A stretch of 64,000 nt of DNA from NCBI GenBank assembly GCA_965112155.1, contig OZ218102.1, one strand, 5' to 3'. This document shows positions 50,018-61,531 of this stretch, one piece after another (the first letter of the stretch is position 1; each line of letters starts with the position of its first letter). A program made the translations under genes and the position numbers. The stretch comes from Podarcis liolepis (lineage: Eukaryota). The notes under the pieces are model-generated. The model did not search any database and had not been told where the DNA came from. It saw only the letters and a program-made list of their open reading frames with translations.

Positions 50018-51228
50018 TACTTCTGTTGTTACCCTGATGGTTTCCCTAACAATTCAGAAAGGATACTAGGCATATGTTGTAGTAGTCCATTGGTAAACCC
50101 ATATTGCCCAAAGGAGAGGAAGCTGAAACGCAGAAAGTGACGAGTGATAACTCTTGCTACTGTAAACTGCAAATTTGAGTGGACTTGGCAGAACCTCAAT
50201 AGATGCATAGAATGTTACTAGAGGAAGTGAGCAAATAGAATGCAAATCAAATGAAGTTTTGGTACCTCTTTCTCTTGTATACAAGCAAGCAGAGCATCAG
50301 TTCCAAATCGCATGCATGTGCACACAGTGATGCATCCCCTCCCCTCCCCATATCTACTGCCTTCTAATCCTTTGGTCTGTCAACTCCAGTGACAACCATT
50401 TTTTCTTCTGAGAAGCAGATGCCACCAGAGAATCCTGAAAGATGTGTGTTAACAATATTTGTCTTAGAGGAGTGACTGGCTAATTAAAATCTCACATATT
50501 TAGCAAAACATGGTGGATACTCAAATGAACCAGCAAAAGGCAGTCTTTCTTTAAAAAAACAACAGAGATATAAGAACAAAGTAGTTGCACTTACAAGACA
50601 CCTGCCTTTCAACTCAAAATATTTCAATTGATGATATAATCCTGCCATTCTTATGTCAGAATTTTCCTGAACTTTGGCCAGATAATACATTATCTGTGCC
50701 AAAATTCCTAATTTGTGCAACAAATTGTCTTTGTTTTACAGTATTATTTTTCAGGCCTTTTAATGATAAAAAGCTGGAAAAGCTGTACACCTTAACTCTA
50801 AATCAGCTCCCATATTTTGGTAATAGTTCTAATATTTCCAGTAAGACTTGTTAGAGAAGATTCTCATGCAAATAAAGATTGTACACGGCTTGTCGAAAAA
50901 GAAAAATGTTATAAGTAATCTGACAAATCCTTGTCTGTTCCTATCGTCCACAATAGTGACTTTTCTTGGGATCTGAGATGCTTTATAAAGCAAAAAAAAA
51001 AAAAAAAGCTAGGAACAGCAAGCCTTATTTTTACTAGCATATTTACATGCTTCTATTACTTTTCTGTCTTTGCTGTTGAAAATCTTGATAGCTTTCTGTT
51101 CTTCCTTGTATGCATTTGCTTCCTGTTAATCTCACGAGAGATCATGCCTAGCATATTTTAAGTGTCTTCATAAGTGGGTCCCCGCTTATTTACTTGTACA
51201 TGACTGACATGCGGTTCAATATTTCTAG

Positions 51229-51370
51229 GTTCGCTGAGAGCTCCCACTACTTCTGGAGCACCTGCTTCAGCATCTGGCACATTAGTTCCTCCTGGGCAGC
51301 CGGCCTATAGTCAGTTTGGACAAGGAGATGTACGCAATGGGATTCCTGCATCTACAGCTCCATTGCAAAG
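51229..51370 (+). CDS. SEC24C: SEC24C coding exon
   Basis: GSLRAPTTSGAPASASGTLVPPGQPAYSQFGQGDVRNGIPASTAPLQR; tttctag acceptor, AG|GTAATT donor; 142 nt, phase 1 to 2. Confidence 0.92.
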
Positions 51371-52601
51371 GTAATTAGGACAACAGTCTTCAGACTCTAA
51401 GCCTGTCAGTACAGGCAGCGACCATTTTACAGTCAGGTGCTCGATCACACACACACTTGTCGCTGCCAAGTGGCCCGAAAATGGGGTGTGGGAGGGCTTA
51501 TGCGCATTCCACCAACGCGTGTGGGTTTCAGGAATGGAACCCCCATGCAGAATGGTTTCCGTCTGTATCAAATTTTGGGGGACAGAGCACCCATCCACTC
51601 CCTGTAGGGCAAAATGGTGTGTTTTTGGTTTGTTCCGTAGAGAAGTTGTTGGGCTGACTTCTAACAGCTACTAAATGTGGTGGTAACTTTCTATTTTCTA
51701 TAAGCACACTTAATTGGATATACTTCATTTATTTGTAATGCACCAGAATGCTCTTCTCAAGACAGCAATTAGTATTATAGTAAAGCTTTAGAACAAAGGT
51801 GAGCAGTACGTCGTGTCTCAGTCAAGCAGTCTACCCACAGCTGAATTTGTGGTTAGGCAACAGGGACAATACATAGTTCACCACCACACCTAATTCATCC
51901 ATGTTGAGTGAGCAAGTTACTCATCATCTGGGTAATCAGGCTGCTGCTTGCGCAATTGGGCTGTGCCTTTCTCCCTTCTGCAGAGCAGGAGCTCTGCTTC
52001 CACTGCTTTTGCAAAATAGTACGTCTTTGATAGCTACTGTGTAGGCATAAGCTTGCACATAACTTTCTTATTTAATTTAATATTTAATTTATTATTTTAT
52101 CTAATATTTGTACACACAGGTAACCAAAATACACCATCACAGTGGAAATCATGAAAAACTAGAAGGAAAAATAGATCAAAAATTAAGTGGGAAGACCGTG
52201 AACCCATTAACCACAGCTTGCAAGTTCATATTTTACTTTGAAACAAAGCAACCACATTTTGGGTGGTCACAGGCTTTAGGAGTAGGGGAGCGGCAGCATT
52301 GGCACTAGTGCAGAACCCCAGAGCTGCCTCTGCAAGCCACTTACCCACCCTTGTCTGGTTTCCTAAGAACAGAGATTGCAACCTATCATCCCAGGCAATA
52401 AATGCAACAGAGGGTTGTGAAGCCAACAGATGATGAACTGGACAGTTTCTCCTTTGCTTTTCATCTTAGATTAGGAAAGTTGAAGTGCCTGAACACCTGT
52501 TGCTTTGATTGATTGGTGTGCTGCAAAGGGATTTTAGAACCTTCCCATTCTGAAAACTGCAGAGCCACTGGGAAGATCTTCTTCATCACCACTGTCTCAT
52601 C

Positions 52602-52655
<54 letters not shown>
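52602..52655. repeat. (AAT)n microsatellite about 55 bp upstream of a SEC24C acceptor
   Basis: About 18 AAT units; other (AAT)n tracts at about 14213, 30205 and 47340 are L2-type tails. Confidence 0.95.
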
Positions 52656-52657
<2 letters not shown>

Positions 52658-52709
52658 ATGAGTGGCTCATGTAACAAAGGACTGTCTTTATTCTGCTTCC
52701 TTTTCTTAG

Positions 52710-52888
52710 ACCTCCTGCTTCTCAACAGTTCATGCCTGGAACAACGCCCACATCTGCTACCCAGTCAGCTGCTTTCCAGTCATATGGGCCACCTCCAACG
52801 AGCACACAGCAGCTGACCAATCATATGGCAGGAATGCATATAGGTGGTGCATCGACCTCTGTTTCCTCCCCAGGTGTACTGGGCTATG
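52710..52888 (+). CDS. SEC24C: SEC24C coding exon
   Basis: PPASQQFMPG...YGPPPTSTQQLTNHMAGMHIGG...GVLGY; ttttcttag acceptor, G|GTGAGT donor; 179 nt, phase 2 to 1. Confidence 0.92.
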
Positions 52889-53765
52889 GTGAGTAACCAG
52901 AACGTTTGAATGCTGCTTGCTCGCATAGACTAATTTGGAGTTCCCTTGAGAAGGATCTTCCAGACTGCTATGGGCACAATTACTTCTCTCTTTTGCAAGT
53001 TCTATAAAATGCAATAAAGCAGGTCCTTGTGTTGCAGCTATTGCACGCTGTCACAACAACTCTTAATTGGAACTCAAGTAGTATAATATGTAAAATGGTT
53101 CCAAGATATTAAGCAAGGAAAAAGGACCAACTAAATTAACTAAGGTTGATAATCCAGCGTAGGTCATACTCGCAGTAGATCCACTAAAACTATTGATTTA
53201 AGTGGGGCTACTCAGAGTATTGAGATACCAGTCAAAGTAATCTGGGGTATTCATATTAAAAGAATCTCTGAGAACTGCAGAGACAGCCAATTTAAATGCA
53301 CATAGAGTTTGTTATGTTTGGCCTTTATTTCAGCTCCACTAAAGATAACAACAACAATTGTAGTAGTAGCAGCAGTAGTTAAAAAAAAAAAAAGTATACC
53401 GTCATTCATCCAAAGAACGCAGGGCAAAATTCAAGTGGGAAGTTCAGCTTCATCATGCTCTCACTTCCATTCCATTCTTAAAACTGAATGTTTTGATAAG
53501 TAGCTCTTTACAATGGTTTTCTTACCATAGGATATCATAAGGTCCGGTGACGAATACCAAGTATTGGTATGGTAATCATGAAAGTGAATGGTAAAACCGG
53601 CTTGTTAATAAGCACCTCCATTTCTGTTTTCTCTCTCTCTCTCTCCACCTTCAAATAACTTTGTATCCAGGGTGAGGGGCTAGTTTACTAAAACACCTTA
53701 TGTACACTGGGAGAACAACATTTTTAGAAAGCAAGATGTGACCATAATTAACTTCTTCTCCTCAG

Positions 53766-54233
53766 GTCCGCCAACATCAGTTCCTCCTGCCTCAGGAAGT
53801 TTTACTTCGAGTGGATCTGGGCAGTATGTGTCCTATTCAAACCAAGGACCGCCACCTCCTGCTGTGCCCCATGGATTGCCTCCTACCACCTTGTCTCAGG
53901 GTCTTCCTATGGCACAGCCTGCTATTTCTGGTCCTCCATCAGCCCTGAACCTCTCACATCAAGCTCCTGGGTTTGCCCCGCCGCCTTCATCTTCTGGGGT
54001 CGGTGCTTCCAATTACCCCCCTTCTGCAGGAGTTTCAAGGCCTCCCCCGATGCAGGGGACATCATTACCGGGACAAGCAGCTACTGGGCCACTCACGTCC
54101 CAGCCAAACCATGTGACCTCACCACCACCACAGCCAGCTATGACTGGGCCACCCCTTGGACCACCAATGGCAGGCATGCAAGGACCACCTCCCAGCCATC
54201 CTTCCCAACCAGGATATGCACCGCAGCAGAATG
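53766..54233 (+). CDS. SEC24C: SEC24C coding exon (Pro/Gln/Gly-rich disordered region)
   Basis: Within ORF 53738..54307: GPPTSVPPASGSF...PSQPGYAPQQN; cctcag acceptor, G|GTATGT donor; 468 nt, phase 1 to 1. Confidence 0.93.
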
Positions 54234-54860
54234 GTATGTTCAGTACACTGCTAAGGAATAAAAGTCAATTGAGTATTGACACTTGTTATAACACTTGCCT
54301 GTGCTAATTTGTAGTGAGGTCTTTAAAATACATTGAATTCAATGGAAATTAGCAACTTGCAGATAACTGAACCTTGGTAGCTGTGTTTCCCCAGGAAGTC
54401 ATTCCTATTAGGATGTAAAGCAGTTATAGCCAACAGGTTGTCCTCCAGATATTGGACTACAACCAGCCATGCTGGTTGGGGCTGATGGGAGTTGGAGTTG
54501 ATCTAATGGACACCACATTCTCTACCCTTGATGTACAGGGTGGTTCTGATGGCTGTTATTGCATCAAGGTTTTTTTCTGTAGTTGTTTAAACAAATATAT
54601 TTTTCCTGTGGATTTTAAAACCTAAATATAAAGGTGGGGATTGGCTTGTTAATCAGCTACTGTTTTTTCCTACATTCCTCTGATGGAGACTTCCAAAGTT
54701 GAGTTTCCTTTGCTTCCCAGCTCAGGGAACAGTGAGTTGGAAAGTTGCTTTCAACCTGTATAAGAACTGCTTGCTTCTCTTTGGGGAGGTCTTTTTATCT
54801 TTTGGCAGGTCCTTTTTTCTCTATACTCAGAATCATGCTGTTTTTGGATTACTTAGTGTA

Positions 54861-55582
54861 CAGTGGTGCCTCGCAAGACGAACGCCTCGCAAAATGAAAA
54901 ACTCGCAAGACGAAAGAGTTTTCTGTTTTTGAGTCATTCCGCAAGACGAATTTCCCTATGGGCTTGCTTCGCAAGAAGAAAGCCCATAGGGAAATCTTCG
55001 GGGACCTCTTTTAAAATGCTGGCGGTCGGGAGCAAAGACTTTCGCCCTCCGCCGGCCTTCAGAAGAGGTCCTGGACCTCTTCTGAAGGCCGGCGGGGGGC
55101 AAAAGTCTTTGCTCCCCCCCCCGCCTGCCTTCCCGGGACAGCGGAGACTTCTCCGCTGTCCCGGGCGATCTTAAAATGCTGGCGGGCAGCAGCGAAGCTT
55201 TCGCTGCCGACCCCCAGCATTTTAAAAGCCCCGGGGCAGCGGAGGCTTTTAAAATGCTGGCAGTTGGCAGCAAAGCCCTCCTGTCCCCGGAGCTTGCGGG
55301 GCAGGAGGTGGGGAGAAGGGCTTTTCTTCCCACCGCCAGCCTTCAGAACAGCCTTCTGAAGGCTGGCGGTGGGAAGAAAAGCCCTTGTCCCCCCCCCCGC
55401 CGCCTTCAGAAGAGGTCGGGGGACAGACTGTCCCCGGACCTGGTCTGAAGGCGGTTTCCATAGGAACGCATTGATTGATTTTCAATGCATTCCTATGGGA
55501 AACCGTGCTTTTCAAGACGAAAAACTCACAAGAAGAAAAAAACTTGCGGAACGAATTAATTTCGTCTTGCGAGGCACCACTG
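54861..55582. mobile_element. Tigger-family non-autonomous element (722 bp) with a GC-rich palindromic interior
   Basis: Perfect TIR CAGTGGTGCCTCGCAAGACGAA, TA TSD. Confidence 0.92.
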
Positions 55583-56069
55583 TACAGAACTGGATTGTTA
55601 AGTCTTGTGGCTACCAAACACACATAGTTCTGTGTATGAAACTTCTGAAGAAGGAATGCAGAATCTGCCAGCAGAGATGCAATATGCGCAATAGGTTGGA
55701 GTTAGAGAAACTCTGCCATAGCATTGCTCCTGTTGAAATCACTGAGACTTAAGTTAGCCACGGCTAACTTATTCCTTTAGTTTCAGAGAGGCTAAAGTGG
55801 GACTAAGTTTCTCTGGATTCCAACCCTTTTCTTTCTACTTGCAAAGTTGTTTCACCATGGAGTTATTTGGAATGCATTAGGATAGAGCAGTGTAAGGCAC
55901 TGGAACAGAAATTATTGAGGAAAGGGGTGCCTTTTCAAGCTGATTTTCCTTAGTGAACTTTACAGTTTTGAAAATCTGTCTGCAGGTATGTTTTATCAGT
56001 CATCTTAAAATTGGTTTCATTCTTAGTCATATAACTAAATCATAATTTGAATTTTTGAATTTTTTAAAA

Positions 56070-56660
56070 AAATTATTTCTTGATAAATGATACAGAAAAT
56101 AAAAGTAAAATAAACAAATACTGATACAAAATCGACCAAAACAAAACAAAACAAAACAAAACAAAACAAAACAAAACATATATATACCCTACACTACAAA
56201 CATAAACCCTACACAGCCCCATGACTTCCCTCCACCACGACTCAACTTCTTTTGGTTCAAATTTGAATATTGTCATTGCATTCTTTAGGTAATACATCTT
56301 ATATCCATTTCTGATTTATATTCTCGCTTATACTTTACATACTTAATCCATGCATATCAACGTATTCTTTTTAGAGCAGTGTTTTTCCATATACTCCTCG
56401 AAACATTGCCATTCTAATCTTAATATTTGATTTGTCCGGAGCCTTATGGCTGCTGTTAACTTTGCCAATTCTATAAATTCACTTAATATACATATCCAAT
56501 TTTCTTTTAAGGGTATTGTCTCACCTTTCCATTTACTGGCGAGAACTATTCTGCCATGGCGTATAGAAAAATTGTTTTCTTTTCCTGTGGATGTACTTCC
56601 GTAATAAACCTAGTAAATACGCCTCTGTTTTCTTTTCTATGGGGATTTTAAGCACCAATC
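56070..56660 (-). mobile_element. Probable degraded L1-type LINE 3' fragment containing (AAAAC)n
   Basis: AT-rich, LINE-like composition; family assigned by resemblance only. Confidence 0.35.
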
Positions 56661-56806
56661 ATAATTTGAAATGTGTATCATCAGAATCTTGGAATAATAT
56701 GTATTGAAAAGTGGTTATAGGTGCTTTTGTGGTGATGTGTTCATGATCAAAGTTGAATTTATTTTAATTCGATTGCATACTTAAATCTAGCATATATATT
56801 TTTCAG

Positions 56807-56943
56807 GGTCCTTTGGACAGAATAGAGGTACCCAGCCAAACTATGGACCACCTTACCCTGGGCCAGCAAATTATGGGAGTCAGCCTGGACCTCCACAGCC
56901 ACCTCCACCAAAACGTCTAGATCCAGACTCCATTCCTAGTCCA
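56807..56943 (+). CDS. SEC24C: SEC24C coding exon ending KRLDPDSIPSP
   Basis: GSFGQNRGTQPNYGPPYPGPANYGSQPGPPQPPPPKRLDPDSIPSP; tttcag acceptor, GTAAGT donor; 137 nt, phase 1 to 0. Confidence 0.95.
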
Positions 56944-58443
56944 GTAAGTTGTATCCATTTTAGAAATAAATATCCTATACTAGAAAGCGATTCTGAAGAT
57001 TAAAAACCTGCCTCTTTGTAGCTTCTGTCAATTTGTTTCATTCTTGCTCGCTTTAAACAGAACAAGGCATGCCTATGCACTACTGTTATTGGCAATCCTG
57101 GCCATCTCTGTATACTTATATAAAAAAATGTAGCATATCAGCTGGATTATCACAAGATAATAATCATCTGCAGCAAGCCCTGCCATTACACTGCCTGGGA
57201 AAGGATCACAGGAATTACTGTGAACGGTTGTAGTTCTGTCTAGTTCATATCTTTGTCCACGTGATTGGCCTCGGTTGGAGTATGTTCATGTTAGTAAAAC
57301 AGTATTTTGAATGGCTTCTTTGAACTTCCGAAATAGGGCTAAGCAACTTAACTTTGCTTATGGCGGGCTATTATGCCGCTTCTCGAGTTGTAACAGAATG
57401 GCATTTGGTCGGTTTTCTAGCATATTTAAGGTTAAGGCCATGTTGTACAAAACAGCCGCACAGCACAGTCTGGATCCAAAGAACTGCACGACATAGAATC
57501 TTAAGGGAGAATTACAGAATTCTTAAGGGAGCTTTGGGTTTGGGTGCCTTGAACGCCACTCTCCATACTTCAGTGCTGCACGGCCTGAAGACACGCCTCT
57601 TTGAAATTAAGGGGAGTTTCGAAAACAGTTTGTTACCAGGTACCAAGATCAGGTTGGGAAAGTAAGCTTGACGTGCCCATGCCCTTGGGCATGCAGTTTC
57701 TTGCCAGCCAGTGAATGTAGGACTTGCATGAACCCTGGTGTGAAAACATGAGGATTTGTTCTTAAGTTTTATGTATTGCAACTCACATATGAGGGTTCTG
57801 GGGAGAACACCACAGCCGTATATCCAGTTGTACAGAGCGTCTGCTTGCTTTAAATTCTGGTGTGCTGGTCTTTTATCCTCTCAATTCCAGTGGCGTTTTG
57901 TGGAGCCATTGTTCCGAAGGCCACAATTACAGGTGATTAAAGCAGTGGCAGCTATTTCTCCAGAGTAGCTCTTTGTATGTCCAGCTTTATGCTATCGTGC
58001 TAACTTATACTTGTGAAGGATGAAGCTACAGCCTCCTTTGCTGTAACCCTGAACCTGCAGCTTGAAAACTTTGAGATATGTTAGTAGCTTTGCTTCCTTC
58101 TGTGCTCTTCCTTTAATTGACATCTCAAAAGGAGTTGCATGTTCTTGAGCCCGTCGTTCTCCAAAGTTGAACTGAGCAAGCATGTGAGCTGCCAGCTTGG
58201 TCAAGAATAGTGCTCATTTTAAGTACATTTCAAGTGAGGGAGCAAGATGTGGAAATAACAAGTGGAACGGAAGATGGTAATGTTGTTTCACCTCTTGTTG
58301 CATGAACTGTTGTCCATTATACATATATCTAACAGTGATGGAAACAGGAGTAACATTGCTTGTTAGTTTTGTTTTACTATTCTCTCTCTTTCCCTTTTTT
58401 GTGGCAATTTTACTTCTTTTTTCTTTTTTAAAACAAAAAAAAG

Positions 58444-58512
58444 CAACTCAATGAGCTGCCACCTCAGCAGAAACCCAGACACAGAATAGATCCAGATGCA
58501 ATTCCTAGCCCA
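58444..58512 (+). CDS. SEC24C: SEC24C 69-nt (23-aa) alternative cassette exon
   Basis: QLNELPPQQKPRHRIDPDAIPSP, phase 0-0, GTAAGT donor; a tissue-restricted 23-aa insertion isoform of mammalian SEC24C is known, as I recall at this position. Confidence 0.85.
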
Positions 58513-59453
58513 GTAAGTGCGGTGTCTCTCTGTCTGCTATTGTCTGCATGTTGGTGGCTGCTTGTTTGTGTCTGCAAAATAATCTTACTCTTGCTAACTA
58601 CCCCCTGGTGTTAGTCTTTCATCTTTATCCCACCCCTCTCTTTCTGCTCACAACATTACAATAAGTAGAATAAAATATCATGAACTTTGAAATCCTCTTC
58701 ACACCACAAATCAAGGGGCAATAGAAGTTTGGCATTATAAGGTAATGAAGTGGTATTTCCTTCTTGAAATTAAGTAATTTATAAGCAAAATACTTCTGCA
58801 TATTACATTTGTCAGTTTTGCACTATGAATAATTATGAATTCAGCATTGAATTTGGCATAATCCACTTGGAACTCTTTTTCAGTCCTGCGCTTCTGAAAT
58901 GAATGGTGTGTTTTTTCACAAAGCCCACTGATCTAAGATGGAGTTTCCAGTGGATTTGTGCATAACCTGTATAATTTTCCTGGACAGAAATCTTAAAACT
59001 CATTTTATTTAGGTCTTTCTTTTACATTTAAAAAAGGATTCAAGTTTTAATTTTTAGTGGGATTCAGAAGTCATTATTTTAACATTTCCCTCCTAATACA
59101 AGAAGTTCATGCGTGTATATTTGAGGGGAAATGGAGATGATAAATACATTGAATTTTCTACTGTAATGTCTCGCTTGGGCAGCAGTTTATTGAATATGGT
59201 TTATTAATGAAAGATAGTCCATCACAATACTATTTCAGTAACAGACAAAATGACAAATTGCAAATTGGTTTGCAATTAAACTTTTCAGTGTGGCTTGTCT
59301 ATTGCCCCTGCGTTGTTGTGTCTTGAACAGGCTGAAGTTGGTTCACAACACTTGAATCTCCTCAGTGGTGTTATCAACTTCAGTTAGTTTGTAGTATCTT
59401 CCCAGCATGGTCACTCACCTTTTGTACACAGCCTCTTCATTGGTGCGTTTCAG

Positions 59454-59465
59454 ATCCAAGTGTAA
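59454..59465 (+). other. SEC24C: Candidate SEC24C micro- or terminal exon ATC CAA GTG TAA (IQV-stop), with an overlapping GTAAGT donor after 8 nt
   Basis: Branch-point-like CTCAC at about 59414-59418, tttcag acceptor, sequence paralogous to the start of the next exon (ATC CAG GTA), AATAAA at 59512-59517. Confidence 0.45.
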
Positions 59466-60731
59466 GTGGTATTTATTAGTGCTCTTGTCATAGGAGGCAT
59501 ACTAGCAAAGGAATAAAGACATGAAGGGAAAGGGAGGGTTGAATGCCCTCATTCGCAAGGTGAAGTAGATTTCCATGCTAGTACTTAAAAGCCATGCAGC
59601 GGTGGATTGCCAGAGAACATCATCTTTTCTATAACTTTTTTGGGAGGAACAAGTACATATTTGTAATCCAATAGGTGGAAAGTAGTTTCAAACAATATTA
59701 CATTACCATTTAACTTGCCTTATTGTTTTATGTTGAAGGGCTGAAAGCAGGATTATCCAGATTTTAAAAACTTGTGGCCACTCCTTGGGTTACAGACCAG
59801 CAACTACTGCGGTTAACCAACTATTGCTTAATGGCACGATTGTTCTTAGATTCGAACTGAACTCAGGGTAGTATGAATGGTAACCTGAGATTGCAATCTG
59901 GGCAAAGGTGAGGACAAGTGCCTGATAAGTGGACTTTGAAAGGGCTTTGCAGAAGTGCATTTTTGGAGAAGCAGCTTGCCAAAGACTGCGGTGGCTTGAC
60001 AGATGTGGGAATTCCTTTCCAGACATTGGGATTAGTACGTCCAGATTGCCCAGAATGGCCATAGTAAGATGAGAAGTGGGAGGGAAGAATTAGCGTGGCT
60101 GGGTGTAAATTAGCACCCAACTTAGCCTTCTTCCTGATGTGAAGCTGTTAGGTGGATTTTGTCTTGTTTTGAGAATCAATTCATTATATCACTCGCAGCT
60201 GCATTCAGAAGTGGCACAGCCCATACGCAAGTTATCTCGGTGAAAACTAAAACTTAACTCTCACGAGTTCTTAAATTTGCCACTGTATTGGTTTTGTCTT
60301 GTTGTTTATCATCTTAACTTGAATCACCTTTTGAAAACAAGCATGCTGGGACATGGCAAACTACAGTGCTGCCAAAATGCTTCCAAAATTCTTGGACGAT
60401 AAATTCTCAGAACCTGCTGCGTAGGCAGTTTGCAACAAAAGTTGCTGATGAGCAATGAGCAGGAACTTCCTTGGGCCCAGGATTTTTAGATTAGTGGACT
60501 TAATATCTGGAAATGTAGAGTTTAACATGCTAATTGTTTTATCTTCAAATTGACTATTCCCTTATCCCCCAAATCCTCAGCAAAAGCAAAATGATAGACT
60601 CCTAAACCATACGTAGTTGTTATTTAGTGATTGATTGCAAATCTTTGGCTACCACTAAACTTGAAAGTTGCATTATCGCCAGTTTTTGCGTAGCGTCCAC
60701 TGTACCACTAACTTTCTGCTTACCATTTTAG

Positions 60732-60843
60732 ATCCAGGTAATTGAAGATGACAGGAATAATCGTGGGTCAGAGCCATTCATCACTGGAGTCCGTGGGCAA
60801 GTCCCACCCCTTGTCACTACCAATTTTTTGGTCAAAGATCAAG
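60732..60843 (+). CDS. SEC24C: SEC24C coding exon
   Basis: IQVIEDDRNNRGSEPFITGVRGQVPPLVTTNFLVKDQ(G); CACTAAC branch point at 60706-60712, ttttag acceptor, G|GTAAAG donor; 112 nt. Confidence 0.96.
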
Positions 60844-61531
60844 GTAAAGTGTTCACCTAGCCACAGATTTTCTATACGTCTAGCCATTCTAGTCTTTTGC
60901 AGTAAAGACAACAAAGTCTCTCATGACAACAAAGTCTCTCATGAGTCAAAGATAAGTATCAGTCATTGCCGGAAAAAAGAAGGAAAACAACATGGCCTTT
61001 TGTCATAGAGACTGTGATCACATAGATTCAAGTGAAACTTGAAGGTGCTCATACCGTTTGTGTTCAGAACAACTAACTCAACCTGAACATGAACACAGTA
61101 AACGGGTTTCTTTATTTAAAAAAATGTGTCAGAGCTGTAAAGAGACAACAGGCCCCTGATGCAGGAACTATGCATAAAGCTAAGTAGGCTTGGATTTTAT
61201 CAGTACCAGGATGGGAGACTTCCTGGGAACCCGGCGTGTGTTCCATTATGAAATAAAAGGTGATTAATATATTAAGCTTAAAAAATAAGACTAAGCTAGA
61301 GGTTTCTGAGAACCACAGAATTAAAAACAGCATGTTGGAGTGGGGGCTTGACTTGCAAGGAAAGTTTTAATTTCTGAAGTTGCATAATACCTTTTGGTGT
61401 TAGTCGCACATGGGTGCTTTTCTAAAATTGATTAGCTTATTAAGACATGAGATTTCATTGAAATAATCAATTTCATAGGGTTAAGTCCTAATCATAGATT
61501 AATCTGAGTATTTCTTTTACTGTTTCATATA

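Noticed and set aside
57300-58210. Several 60-100 aa ORFs in the SEC24C intron before the 69-nt cassette
   Set aside because: No recognisable homology or convincing phase-compatible splice sites.
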